Source of the DNA: Nitrospira sp.
Lineage (GTDB): Bacteria > Nitrospirota > Nitrospiria > Nitrospirales > Nitrospiraceae
DNA: 64,000 bases
Direction: 5' to 3'
NCBI GenBank assembly: GCA_005116775.1
Contig: SWDN01000013.1
Location: forward strand, 3,337 to 67,336
Every line of letters begins with the position of its first letter. Position 1 is the stretch's first letter. Positions 8,098 to 17,872 of the stretch are shown here, piece by piece. The position numbers were made by a program, and so were the translations under genes. Below the pieces are notes generated by a model. That model was given only the letters and a program-made list of their open reading frames with translations, was not told the origin of the DNA and searched no databases.

Positions 8098-9174
8098 ATG
8101 TCCGGAGACTTTTCCGAGTACCGGAAAGCAATCGATCGCATCGATGACGAGATTTTGCGCCTGCTGAATGAGCGGTCCAAAAGCGTCATCGAGATCGGGA
8201 AGCTCAAGAGACAGCGGGATGCCAATGCCAATCTCCATACCTCGGCGCGGGAGGCGGAGATCGTTGAACGCCTGACCCGACAAAACTCCGGGCCATTTCC
8301 ATCAGAGGCGATTCGGCCGGTCTATCGAGAAATCATGTCCGCCTCTCTCTCGCTAGAGGGCCCTCAGAAAGTGGCCTATCTTGGGCCTCGGGCGACGTTT
8401 ACTCACATGGCCTGCATGCACAAATTTGGTTCGTCTGCCCACTATATTCCGGTCAATAGTATTAAGGACGTATTCAGCGAAGTCGAGCGTGGACGGGCTA
8501 ATTTTGGTGTAGTCCCGATCGAGAACACGACGGAGGGTGTGGTCAACCACACACTCGACATGTTCGTCGATTCCAACCTCCTGATCTATGGCGAAGTGTT
8601 CCAGGAGGTCTCCCATCATTTGATGTCGAAGTCCGGAGTGGTGGAAGAGGTAAAAGCGATCTACTCTCACCCCCATGCCATTGCCCAATGCCGAAATTGG
8701 TTAGAAACCAACCTGCCCGATGTGCCGGTATCGGAAGTGGCGAGCACCGCGCGGGCGGCGGAACTGTGCGGGGACAATTCTTCTGCCGCCGCCATTGCCT
8801 CGGAATTGGCAGCCCAGCTGTACGGCTTGAAGGTCATTAAGTCGCGTATTGAAGATAATTTGAACAATGTGACCCGGTTTCTCGTCCTATCTCAGAAGCC
8901 GCCTGAGCGTACAGGGAAAGACAAGACCTCGCTCATGCTTTCGGTCAAAGACAAAGTCGGCGCGCTGTACGATTTGCTCAGGCCTTTCGCGTCCCATGGC
9001 CTGAGCATGACCAAGATTGAATCGCGCCCTTCCAGGCGAAAAGCCTGGGAGTACATCTTCTTCATCGACGTTGAAGGGCATATGGAAGAAGAGCGTGTGA
9101 AGAAGGCCATCGAAGAAGTCACTGGCCGCTGCCTGTTCATGAAAGTTCTCGGGTCCTATCCAGCCCACAGTTGA
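8098..9174 (+). CDS. pheA: Bifunctional chorismate mutase / prephenate dehydratase (P-protein)
   Basis: N-terminal CM-II helix 'IDRIDDEILRLLNERSK', PDT domain 'VAYLGPRATFTH', and C-terminal ACT 'TSLMLSVKDKVGALYDLLRPFA...IESRP'. Confidence 0.9.
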   Translation: MSGDFSEYRKAIDRIDDEILRLLNERSKSVIEIGKLKRQRDANANLHTSAREAEIVERLTRQNSGPFPSEAIRPVYREIMSASLSLEGPQKVAYLGPRATFTHMACMHKFGSSAHYIPVNSIKDVFSEVERGRANFGVVPIENTTEGVVNHTLDMFVDSNLLIYGEVFQEVSHHLMSKSGVVEEVKAIYSHPHAIAQCRNWLETNLPDVPVSEVASTARAAELCGDNSSAAAIASELAAQLYGLKVIKSRIEDNLNNVTRFLVLSQKPPERTGKDKTSLMLSVKDKVGALYDLLRPFASHGLSMTKIESRPSRRKAWEYIFFIDVEGHMEEERVKKAIEEVTGRCLFMKVLGSYPAHS

Positions 9175-9178
9175 TGAT

Positions 9179-10258
9179 ATGCCACTGAAAGTCCATCCAG
9201 ATATCGCCTCGCTCAGCCCGTATGTTCCCGGGAAACCGATTGAGGAGCTCCAACGGGAACTGGGTCTTGCACGAGTGATGAAGCTGGCCTCGAACGAGAA
9301 TCCGTTGGGTCCCTCTCCGAAGGCGCTTGCCGCGTTGAGCGAAGGAACCGCAACCCTGCATCGGTATCCTGACGGTGGCGCCTTTCGGTTGCGGGAAGCG
9401 CTGGCAGATCGTTGGAAGGTGACTCCGGACCAAGTCATTCTTGGGAACGGATCGGATGAAATCTTGGGCTTGCTTGCCCGTACGTTTTTGGCTCCGGGCG
9501 ATGAAGCGATCATGGCCGATCAGACCTTTGTCATTTACAAAATGGAGGTCACGGCAGCCCATGGCATACCGTGCATCGTCCCGTTGAAGCAGTGGCGGCA
9601 CGATCTTCAGGCCATGGCGGACGCCATCACTGACCGGACTCGGCTCCTGTTCCTTTGTAACCCCAATAATCCGACCGGAACGATGGTATCGGCCGATGAG
9701 GTCGAATTGCTGCTTTCGCGAGTGCCTGCTCATGTCGTTGTGGTATTCGATGAAGCCTACTTCGAGTATGTCAGGAGTCAGCAGTTTCCGGATTCCATGG
9801 CCTATGTGAAGCAGGGGCAGAACGCGATCGTGTTGAGGACCTTTTCAAAAATCTACGGTCTGGCAGGATTGCGAATCGGATACGGTGTGACCACGACAGA
9901 GATCGCAAATTTTCTTAACCGAGTCCGTCCTCCCTTCAACGCAAACAGTTTGGCGCAGCGTGCCGCGCTTGCCGCTCTTGGCGACGACGAACATGTGGCG
10001 AAGAGCCGGTCGGTCAATGAGGCGGGCATGAGGCAGATGGTCAATGGATTGACCGCCCTCGGGTTTTCGCCGATTCCGAGCGAAGCCAATTTTGTCTACA
10101 TCGATATTGGACGAGACGGTCGAGCGGTGTTTGATGCCTTGCTGAGGGAGGGCATCATCATTCGTCACATTGAGGGGCAGATGGTGCGAGTGACCATCGG
10201 CCTGGAGGAAGAAAACAGGGAATTTTTGGCTGCGCTCAAGCGGGTGATCCACTCGTAA
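9179..10258 (+). CDS. hisC: Histidinol-phosphate / aromatic aminotransferase (class II PLP)
   Basis: 'KLASNENPLGPSP' and 'TFSKIYGLAGLRIGY' (PLP lysine) motifs. Position between pheA and tyrA matches known supraoperons. Confidence 0.85.
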   Translation: MPLKVHPDIASLSPYVPGKPIEELQRELGLARVMKLASNENPLGPSPKALAALSEGTATLHRYPDGGAFRLREALADRWKVTPDQVILGNGSDEILGLLARTFLAPGDEAIMADQTFVIYKMEVTAAHGIPCIVPLKQWRHDLQAMADAITDRTRLLFLCNPNNPTGTMVSADEVELLLSRVPAHVVVVFDEAYFEYVRSQQFPDSMAYVKQGQNAIVLRTFSKIYGLAGLRIGYGVTTTEIANFLNRVRPPFNANSLAQRAALAALGDDEHVAKSRSVNEAGMRQMVNGLTALGFSPIPSEANFVYIDIGRDGRAVFDALLREGIIIRHIEGQMVRVTIGLEEENREFLAALKRVIHS

Positions 10259-10279
10259 TACGCGCAGGGTGAGGGCACT

Positions 10280-11293
10280 ATGATCATCGTATTAAAACCA
10301 GAAGCCAGTGAGCAGGAAGTCGACCACATTATTGATCGGCTTCGTGGGTTAGGGCTGAAGTCGCAACTCTCGACCGGTCAAGAACGAACGATTATCGGAG
10401 TCATCGGGGACGATCGGGTTCTGCACAACCAACCGCTCACGGCGTTGCCGGGCGTTGAAAGTGTGTTGCCGATTCTCGCGCCGTGGAAACTGGTCAGCCG
10501 AGAGTTCAAGCGTGAAGGCACGGTCATCCATGTGGGCAACGTGAAGATCGGCGGCAACAAGCTGGTCATCATGGCGGGACCCTGCGCGGTGGAGAAGCTC
10601 GAAATTACGGTCGGCATTGCCCATGAGGTCAAGTCGGCCGGAGCAGGTATTCTGCGCGGTGGCGCCTACAAACCTCGCACCTCCCCGTACTCGTTTCAAG
10701 GGTTAGGGCGTGAAGGATTGGACTATCTGGTTGAGGCAAAGAAACAAACCGGGCTGCCAGTGGTCAGCGAGATTTTGGATACCCGCGACATCGAATTATT
10801 TCTTGAAAAGGCCGACATCATTCAGATCGGCGCCCGCAATATGCAGAACTTTGAACTCCTTAAGGAGGTTGGGGCCTATGACAAGCCGGTGCTGTTGAAG
10901 CGGGGGCTTTCGGCGACTATCAAGGAGTTCCTCCTGTCGGCAGAATACATCATGTCCCGAGGAAATCAGAATGTCATGTTGTGCGAACGAGGGATCAGAA
11001 CGTTCGAAACGCAATATCGCAATACGCTCGACCTCGCTGCGGTTCCCACGTTAAAAGAACTGTCGCATTTGCCCGTCATCGTAGACCCCAGTCATGCCAC
11101 CGGCAAGTGGAATCTCGTGGCACCGATGTCGAAAGCGGCAGTGGCTGCGGGAGCGGATGGCATTCTGATCGAAGTCCATTCGAATCCGGAATGCGCGCTG
11201 TGCGACGGCGAGGAATCTATTAAGCCGAGCCAGTTCAAGGAATTGATGCAGGACATGCGAAAGATAGCGGTGGCGGTTGGGCGGGAAGTGTAG
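10280..11293 (+). CDS. aroF: 3-deoxy-7-phosphoheptulonate (DAHP) synthase, type I-beta, with an N-terminal regulatory domain
   Basis: '[11 protein letters not shown]' and '[13 protein letters not shown]' core. The ~80-aa N-terminal ferredoxin-like extension resembles Thermotoga-type enzymes. Confidence 0.85.
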   Translation: MIIVLKPEASEQEVDHIIDRLRGLGLKSQLSTGQERTIIGVIGDDRVLHNQPLTALPGVESVLPILAPWKLVSREFKREGTVIHVGNVKIGGNKLVIMAGPCAVEKLEITVGIAHEVKSAGAGILRGGAYKPRTSPYSFQGLGREGLDYLVEAKKQTGLPVVSEILDTRDIELFLEKADIIQIGARNMQNFELLKEVGAYDKPVLLKRGLSATIKEFLLSAEYIMSRGNQNVMLCERGIRTFETQYRNTLDLAAVPTLKELSHLPVIVDPSHATGKWNLVAPMSKAAVAAGADGILIEVHSNPECALCDGEESIKPSQFKELMQDMRKIAVAVGREV

Positions 11294-11346
11294 GCGGAAA
11301 GATCGTACTTGAAGGATTGAGGCCTGGCCTCGGCCAAGTTTGAGAC

Positions 11347-12240
11347 ATGATGCGGCATTTCAATCAGGTTACGATTATCGGAGTTGGGCTGATCGGCGGA
11401 TCGCTCGGTATGATTCTCCGACGAAAGGGGTTGGCATCAAAGGTCGTCGGGGTCGGACGACGTGTTGAAAATCTGAAAACGGCGGTCGAGCTGGGCGCGA
11501 TCGATTCCTACGTCGTGGCCGCGAAAGACGGAGTGAGGGATGCCGATCTGGTCGTGTTGGCTACGCCGGTCGACACCTATGACCGGCATCTGACCGAGTG
11601 GTCGTCCAGCTTGAAACAAGGCGCGATTGTCACCGATGTCGGAAGCGTGAAGGGTCTGCTGGTGGAACAGGCTGAACGAGCCATGCCCGCCGGTGTCCAT
11701 TTTGTCGGGGCGCATCCCATCGCCGGGAAGGAAAAGACGGGCGTCGCGGCCGGATCGGATCAGCTCTTTATCGGGGCACGATGTATTCTCACGCCGACGA
11801 AGACGACGGATCCGCAGGCACTGGAGCGGGTACGAACGATGTGGCAGGAAGCCGGCTCGGTGGTGCTCACGATGGATGCCCATCTGCACGACAAGATTCT
11901 TGGGGCGGTGAGTCATTTGCCTCATGTGGCGGCATTTGCCCTGATCAATGCCCTGGCGGACATTCGCGATCGGCACATTCCCTCCCTCGACCTGGCGGGG
12001 CACTCGGGCGGGGGGTTGCGGGACACGACCAGGATCGCGGCCAGTTCGCCTGAAATGTGGCGAGATATTTTCCTCTGGAACCGAGACAATGTGGTGACGT
12101 TCATTGAGGCCTATGAGCGCGCATTGAGCCAATTGAAACAGCTCATTCAAACAGGCGATGCCGCGGGCATCGAGAAGGAACTCGATCGAGCCAAGCAGGA
12201 GCGAGAGAAACTTTCCACGAGACCGACCGTTTCCGCGTAG
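11347..12240 (+). CDS. tyrA: Prephenate/arogenate dehydrogenase
   Basis: Rossmann 'IIGVGLIGGSLG' and 'FVGAHPIAG' motifs. Operon context supports the call. Confidence 0.85.
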   Translation: MMRHFNQVTIIGVGLIGGSLGMILRRKGLASKVVGVGRRVENLKTAVELGAIDSYVVAAKDGVRDADLVVLATPVDTYDRHLTEWSSSLKQGAIVTDVGSVKGLLVEQAERAMPAGVHFVGAHPIAGKEKTGVAAGSDQLFIGARCILTPTKTTDPQALERVRTMWQEAGSVVLTMDAHLHDKILGAVSHLPHVAAFALINALADIRDRHIPSLDLAGHSGGGLRDTTRIAASSPEMWRDIFLWNRDNVVTFIEAYERALSQLKQLIQTGDAAGIEKELDRAKQEREKLSTRPTVSA

Positions 12241-12247
12241 TACATCT

Positions 12248-13570
12248 ATGGCGTCGTTGACCATCACACCAGGTAGGCCGTTACAGGGAACGATTTCCGT
12301 CCCTGGGGATAAGTCGATCACCCATCGCGCTATTATCCTGACAGCGTTGGCGAATGGGGTCAGCAGGGTTGCACGCTATTGCCGAGGCGAAGATTGTCTC
12401 AATACGATGCGCGCGTTCCAGGCGCTCGGCATACGCATCGACGAGTCGGACGAAGAACTCTGCGTGCATGGTAAGGGACTCTGGGGGCTGACTGAGCCGA
12501 ACGGGCCGATCGATTGTGGGAATTCAGGAACAGGCATTCGTCTCCTGACCGGTCTGCTGGCAGGACAAGATTTTTTCACGATGCTGACCGGCGACGAATC
12601 GATTCGTCGCCGTCCAATGGGGCGAATCGTCAAACCATTGCGTGAAATGGGGGCCGCCATTGCCGGACGTAAGGGTGGTGAATTGGCGCCCTTAGCCGTG
12701 ACGGGTAGCCGCCTCCACGCGATCACCTATGCCTCTCCAGTGGCGAGTGCGCAGATCAAGTCGGCGTTGTTGCTCGCAGCATTGTTTGCAGAAGGGACGA
12801 CCTGTATTACAGAGCCGCGTCTTTCTCGGGATCATACGGAGCGGTTATTCCAGTTTTTTGGTATTGCGTTTCGACGGGAAGGGACCACTCTGGCGATCGA
12901 TGGACGACCATCGGTTGGGTGGAATGCGGTGCCACAATTGGTTGTGCCGGGGGACTTCTCATCCGCTGCGTTTTTCATCGTGGGGGCGACCATTGTCCCT
13001 GGCTCGGATGTGACGATTCAACACGTGGGGATCAATCCTACGAGGGCCGGTTTGTTGGATGTGATGACGAGAATGGGCGCGGACATCCAACTGTTCAATA
13101 GGCATGAAGAGGCCGGAGAACCGATTGCGGATATACGGGTGAAGTCGGCCAGACTGCATGGCGTGGAGATTGGGCCTGATTTGATCCCGCAGACGATCGA
13201 TGAATTTCCCATTCTGTGTGTTGCGGCTGCAGTCGCAGAGGGCGAGACGATCATCTCGGGAGCCCAAGAATTGAGGGTGAAAGAGAGTGATCGGATTGCG
13301 ACGGTCTCGGCAGAGCTACGCGCGATGGGGGTTCAGGTGACGGAAAGGCCTGATGGGATGGTTGTGCGAGGACTTGGCACAGCGAAAGATCACGGTCGAT
13401 TGCAGGCTGCACATGGTCACAGTCATGGAGATCATCGGGTCGCGATGTCGTTGGCCATCGCGGGCTTGACCGCGTCGACTCCTACGTTGATTGACGAAAC
13501 AGACTGTATCGAGACATCATTCCCAAACTTTCATCCCACACTTTTGGAATTATTGAGCAAGCGCCGGTGA
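12248..13570 (+). CDS. aroA: 3-phosphoshikimate 1-carboxyvinyltransferase (EPSP synthase)
   Basis: 'VPGDKSITHRAIIL', 'GNSGTGIRLLTG' and 'RRPMGR'. The start is set at the ATG at 12248, just after the tyrA stop. The ORF-track extension from 12158 overlaps tyrA. Confidence 0.9.
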   Translation: MASLTITPGRPLQGTISVPGDKSITHRAIILTALANGVSRVARYCRGEDCLNTMRAFQALGIRIDESDEELCVHGKGLWGLTEPNGPIDCGNSGTGIRLLTGLLAGQDFFTMLTGDESIRRRPMGRIVKPLREMGAAIAGRKGGELAPLAVTGSRLHAITYASPVASAQIKSALLLAALFAEGTTCITEPRLSRDHTERLFQFFGIAFRREGTTLAIDGRPSVGWNAVPQLVVPGDFSSAAFFIVGATIVPGSDVTIQHVGINPTRAGLLDVMTRMGADIQLFNRHEEAGEPIADIRVKSARLHGVEIGPDLIPQTIDEFPILCVAAAVAEGETIISGAQELRVKESDRIATVSAELRAMGVQVTERPDGMVVRGLGTAKDHGRLQAAHGHSHGDHRVAMSLAIAGLTASTPTLIDETDCIETSFPNFHPTLLELLSKRR

Positions 13571-13594
13571 CGGTCATGACGTGGAGGCTATGAC

Positions 13595-14290
13595 GTGGGG
13601 GCTGTTGCGGAGAACAAGCAGGCGAGACGACTGATCGTTGCGATCGATGGTCCGGCTGGTGTCGGCAAGAGTACCGTGGCTAAGTTGTTGGCTTCTCGAA
13701 TGGAGTATTTGTATCTTGACACCGGGGCTCTCTATCGCGCGACAGCCTGGGCAATCATTGAATTTGGCGTGGATCCGGCCGATACTGGGGCGGTTACTGC
13801 CCTGCTGTCCAGGTTGTCGCTCCACATGCAGTTTCATCAGGGAGTTGCGATCGTATTCGTCGATGGCAGGGACGTGAGCGGCGACCTCCGAACGCCTGAG
13901 GTGTCGGCGGCGGCGTCAGTGGTCTCGGCCATTCCCGCAGTCCGGGCCTGGTTGCTGCCCCTTCAGCGGCAAATCGGACAGGGTGGAGCGGTGGTCGCGG
14001 AGGGACGGGACATGGGGACAACAGTATTCCCGTCGGCAGACGTAAAGTTTTTTCTCGAGGCAGATCCAACTGTCAGGGCTCAGCGACGACATCGGGAACT
14101 CGTTGCGGCGGGACATTCCGGGGCACTTGAAGAGACGAGCGCCGATTTGACAAGCCGTGATACGCGGGATCGTTCTCGCTCAATCGCCCCGCTGATTCCC
14201 GCTGACGATGCCCGATTCATCGATACCTCAACGTTGTCCATCGCGGAGGTGGTGGACCAAATGATGGCTGTGATTGCGGCCAAATTGTGA
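13595..14290 (+). CDS. cmk: Cytidylate kinase
   Basis: P-loop 'IAIDGPAGVGKSTVAKLLA' and 'YLDTGALYRA'. Confidence 0.9.
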   Translation: MGAVAENKQARRLIVAIDGPAGVGKSTVAKLLASRMEYLYLDTGALYRATAWAIIEFGVDPADTGAVTALLSRLSLHMQFHQGVAIVFVDGRDVSGDLRTPEVSAAASVVSAIPAVRAWLLPLQRQIGQGGAVVAEGRDMGTTVFPSADVKFFLEADPTVRAQRRHRELVAAGHSGALEETSADLTSRDTRDRSRSIAPLIPADDARFIDTSTLSIAEVVDQMMAVIAAKL

Positions 14291-14943
14291 GTTCGGTCGT
14301 CTATGGGATGTTGTGGGGCTTCGTCCGGATTATCGGCTGGTTGTGTTTTCGCTATCGAGTCGTCGGCGCAGTTCCACAGACCGGCGGGTTTATCGTAGCC
14401 GCGAACCATGCCAGTTACCTGGATATCCCTCTCCTGGGTTGTGGCATGTGGCGGCGGGCTTGGTTTTTGGGGCGGAGCGATCTTTTTCCGGTTCCTGGCC
14501 TCAAGGCGGTCTGTCAGTGGTTGGGATGGATTCCCCTGCGGCTCGGCCGGTTGGACCGTGAAGCATTCGGTAAGGCAGTCGCGCTCATCAAGGAAGGAAA
14601 GGTCGTGGTGATTTTTCCTGAGGGCAGTCGTAGCCAGGATGGCCGGTTACAGTCCCCTAAACCGGGGATTGGTGTGATTGTCGCGCAGACAGGGTGCCCT
14701 GTGGTTCCGGCCTATCTCAAAGGCACGTATGATGTGTTGCCGTCTGGAACCATGTGGCCGCGCTTCCGCCCAGTGACCGTATTCTATGGAGAGGCTCTCA
14801 CCTTTCCTCAGAGTAAAGAGGGTGGAGATACCAAGCAGTTTTATCAAGAAGTCAGTCGCACCGTCATGGATCGCATCGCCTCCTTAGGCGGCGTGGAGTC
14901 TCCGACCCAGCAGTCCAGTGCCGGCATTCGCAAGGCTGAGTGA
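14287..14943 (+). CDS. plsC: 1-acyl-sn-glycerol-3-phosphate acyltransferase
   Basis: Acyltransferase motifs 'ANHASYLDIPLL' (HX4D) and 'IFPEGSRS'. GTGA start/stop overlap with cmk. Confidence 0.8.
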   Translation: MSSVVYGMLWGFVRIIGWLCFRYRVVGAVPQTGGFIVAANHASYLDIPLLGCGMWRRAWFLGRSDLFPVPGLKAVCQWLGWIPLRLGRLDREAFGKAVALIKEGKVVVIFPEGSRSQDGRLQSPKPGIGVIVAQTGCPVVPAYLKGTYDVLPSGTMWPRFRPVTVFYGEALTFPQSKEGGDTKQFYQEVSRTVMDRIASLGGVESPTQQSSAGIRKAE

Positions 14944-14999
14944 ATGTCGGTGTATAACTATCAGCACCCGACTCCAGTCGGAAGAGTAGGATTCACATC

Positions 15000-16715
15000 A
15001 TGAGTACGGTTTCGCCATCGAGTGACCAACAGTTAGATCGGGCGGCCTTGGCAGCCCTGTACGAGGAAACATTTAAAAACCTCGAAGAGGGCACCATTAC
15101 AGAAGGCCGCGTCGTTGCCGTGACCAAAGACAAGGTGGTCGTGGACATCGGCTATAAGTCCGAAGGGATGGTTCCCAACGACCAATTCACCACAGAAGAA
15201 CTTCAGAACGTCAAGGTGGGCGATCGGCTTCAAGTCTATATCGAAGAGTGTGAGGACGCCGATGGCAATCTGATTCTCTCCAAAGAAAAAGCCGACAAGA
15301 TGAAGATTTGGGAAGAGCTGGAAAAGCTCTTCAACGACGGAAAAAGCATCGACGGCAAAATTGTGGCCCGGATCAAGGGCGGCATGATGGTGGATATCGG
15401 CGTGAAGGCGTTTCTGCCAGGTTCGCAAATCGATCTTCATCCGGTGCGGGATCTTGATGGGTTGGTTGGGCGCACGTTCCCACTCAAGATCATCAAAATC
15501 AATCATCGCCGCGGCAATGTAGTGGTGTCTAGGCGTGTCCTCTTGGAAGAGACGAGAGATTCCAAGCGAAAGACGACTCTTTCTACGTTGAAAGAAGGAC
15601 AATTGATCCAAGGTGTGGTGAAGAACATCACGGATTATGGAGCGTTCATTGACCTCGGCGGCATCGACGGGTTGCTCCATATTACGGACATGTCCTGGGG
15701 CCGTGTCGGTCATCCGTCTGAAATGTTCAACATCGGCGACAAGGTGGAAGTGACCGTGCTGAAGTACGATCGAGAGACTGGACGCATCTCACTCGGCTTG
15801 AAACAAAAGAGCGCCGATCCTTGGATGGGTGTTGCCACGAAGTATGCGATCGGCACGCGTGTCCGAGGTCGTGTGGTGAGCCTGACTGACTATGGGGCAT
15901 TCATCGAGCTCGAGCCAGGTGTCGAAGGATTGGTGCATGTCTCCGTGATGTCCTGGACGCACGAGGTGCGCCATCCATCACGCGTCGTGTCCATCGGGGA
16001 TCAGGTTGAAGCGGCGGTGTTGAACGTGGATCCGGCCAGCAGGAAGATTTCCCTCGGCATGAAGCAGACTGCGCCGAACCCCTGGGATATGGTGGAGGGG
16101 AAATACGCCATCGGCACACGCATCGAAGGGAAGGTGAAGAGTCTCACCGACTTTGGCGCGTTTGTCGGACTTGAAGAGGGCATCGATGGATTGATCCATA
16201 TTTCCGACATGTCGTGGACGAAACATATCAAGCATCCTTCTGAGCTCTTCAAAAAGGGACAAAAGGTCGAAGCGGTGGTTCTGCGGATTGACAAGGACAA
16301 GGAGCGGCTATCGCTCGGTTATAAGCAGCTCAAGAGCGATCCATGGGACGACGAGATCCCGAGTCGGTACGCGGTCGGGGATGTGGCGGTCGGGAAGGTC
16401 AGTAAGGTCGCTGACTTCGGTATCTTCGTCGAGTTGGACGGGGGAGTCGAAGGTCTTATTCACATCAGCGAGACCGGCCTTGACCAACAAGCCAAGCTCG
16501 AAGAGAAATTCAAGCTGCAGGATGAAGTCACGGCCAAGATCATTAAGGTCGATCGTGAAGAACGGAAGATTGCGCTCAGCCTGCGCGATCATCAAATGGA
16601 TTCTGATCGCCGAACGGTCGATGAGTACCATGCTACGCAAGGCGCATTGGATCAAAGCCTAGGCCGTGCGGCGAAGCAGAACAAGAAGCGAGAACAAGCC
16701 GAGGACGATAAATAA
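15000..16715 (+). CDS. rpsA: 30S ribosomal protein S1
   Basis: Six tandem S1 (OB-fold) repeats, e.g. 'GVVKNITDYGAFIDLGGIDGLLHITDMSW'. Length is 571 aa. Confidence 0.95.
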   Translation: MSTVSPSSDQQLDRAALAALYEETFKNLEEGTITEGRVVAVTKDKVVVDIGYKSEGMVPNDQFTTEELQNVKVGDRLQVYIEECEDADGNLILSKEKADKMKIWEELEKLFNDGKSIDGKIVARIKGGMMVDIGVKAFLPGSQIDLHPVRDLDGLVGRTFPLKIIKINHRRGNVVVSRRVLLEETRDSKRKTTLSTLKEGQLIQGVVKNITDYGAFIDLGGIDGLLHITDMSWGRVGHPSEMFNIGDKVEVTVLKYDRETGRISLGLKQKSADPWMGVATKYAIGTRVRGRVVSLTDYGAFIELEPGVEGLVHVSVMSWTHEVRHPSRVVSIGDQVEAAVLNVDPASRKISLGMKQTAPNPWDMVEGKYAIGTRIEGKVKSLTDFGAFVGLEEGIDGLIHISDMSWTKHIKHPSELFKKGQKVEAVVLRIDKDKERLSLGYKQLKSDPWDDEIPSRYAVGDVAVGKVSKVADFGIFVELDGGVEGLIHISETGLDQQAKLEEKFKLQDEVTAKIIKVDREERKIALSLRDHQMDSDRRTVDEYHATQGALDQSLGRAAKQNKKREQAEDDK

Positions 16716-16765
16716 GTTCAATGTGCCAGGTTTCAGTGTCAGGCGAACGAGTAAAGTAGAGAGCC

Positions 16766-17524
16766 ATGAGTAACGAATCAGCAGAAAGGCCCGCCAAGCG
16801 AGGGATCGTGCGCCGAGCGCTCTGGGCGCTCGGCATCGGGCTCGGTCTGCTCGTTCTGATCAACCTTTTCTTTCCAGACCTCGACCTTTCGACGGGGGAC
16901 CGAGTTGGATTGATTCGCATTGAAGGGGTCATTGTGGATGCGCAATCCACGATTGCCGAATTGAAGCATTTCGCCGACAACCCTTCCGTGAAAGCGATCG
17001 TCTTGCGAATCGACAGCCCCGGCGGCGGGGTTGTGCCGTCGCAAGAGATTCATGATGCCGTCGCGCGGGTTCGTAGCAAGGGCAATAAGACTGTCATTGC
17101 CTCAATGGGTACGGTGGCGGCGTCAGGGGGTTACTATATTGCCGTGGCAACCGATAAGATCATGGCCAATTCAGGGACGTTGACGGGGAGCATCGGGGTC
17201 ATCATGGAGATGGCGAATGTCGAGGGACTGCTCAAGAAGATCGGGGTCGAAGGGGTCGTGATCAAAAGTGGAAAATTCAAAGATGTGGGATCGCCGCTTC
17301 GGAAGATGAGCGATGAAGAACAGGCATTGCTCCAATCTGTCATGGACGATGTCCATCAGCAGTTTATCGAGGCGGTTGCGGAGGGGCGTGGACTCGATGT
17401 GGCGGCGGTGCAGGCCTTGGCAGATGGCCGAATCTTCACGGGCCGTCAGGCGAAAGCCTCAAAGCTTGTGGATGAACTTGGAGACCTCGAAGCGGCCATT
17501 CAGCTTGCGGCGGATGTGTTCTAG
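16766..17524 (+). CDS. sppA: Signal peptide peptidase SppA, 36K type (short at the C-terminus)
   Basis: N-terminal TM segment, 'AIVLRIDSPGGGV', the Ser-containing 'AASGGYYIA', and 'GSIGV'. Confidence 0.8.
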   Translation: MSNESAERPAKRGIVRRALWALGIGLGLLVLINLFFPDLDLSTGDRVGLIRIEGVIVDAQSTIAELKHFADNPSVKAIVLRIDSPGGGVVPSQEIHDAVARVRSKGNKTVIASMGTVAASGGYYIAVATDKIMANSGTLTGSIGVIMEMANVEGLLKKIGVEGVVIKSGKFKDVGSPLRKMSDEEQALLQSVMDDVHQQFIEAVAEGRGLDVAAVQALADGRIFTGRQAKASKLVDELGDLEAAIQLAADVF

Positions 17525-17577
17525 CAGAATCGGATCGGTGCGCAGGTCGATTCATTATCACGAAAGGGGACTCCACT

Positions 17578-17856
17578 ATGACGAAGGCCCAAATTATCGA
17601 GCGCGTATCCGAACAGATCACAACCTTGACGAAGCGGCAGGCGGAAGTCGTCGTCAATACGATTTTCGACTGTGTGCGTGACTCATTGAAGAACGGCGAT
17701 AAGACAGAGATCCGAGGGTTCGGCAGTTTTCGCTTGCGGGCACGCCGGATGAAAGAAGGGCGGAACCCCAAGACCGGCGCGACCGTAGCAGTTCCTGCCA
17801 AGAAGGTTCCATTTTTCAAGGCCGGTAAAGAATTAAAGGAACTTCTGAACCAGTAG
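17578..17856 (+). CDS. ihfB: Integration host factor beta / HU-family DNA-bending protein
   Basis: 'IRGFGSFRLRARRMKEGRNPKTGATVAVPAKKVPFFKAGKEL' is the HU/IHF arm. The position after rpsA is conserved. Confidence 0.85.
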   Translation: MTKAQIIERVSEQITTLTKRQAEVVVNTIFDCVRDSLKNGDKTEIRGFGSFRLRARRMKEGRNPKTGATVAVPAKKVPFFKAGKELKELLNQ

Positions 17857-17872
17857 TCATAGGACTTACATC

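Noticed and set aside
11179-11187. T-psi-C-like 'TTCGAATCC' string that could flag a tRNA.
   Set aside because: It lies inside the DAHP synthase coding frame, with no acceptor or anticodon stems around it. No intergenic region shows a cloverleaf candidate.
16766-17524. sppA considered as a fourth truncated gene, since 252 aa is shorter than most 36K SppA proteins.
   Set aside because: The catalytic Ser and Lys regions and the N-terminal TM are present, and only a short, poorly conserved tail might be missing. I cannot distinguish natural length variation from truncation by eye.
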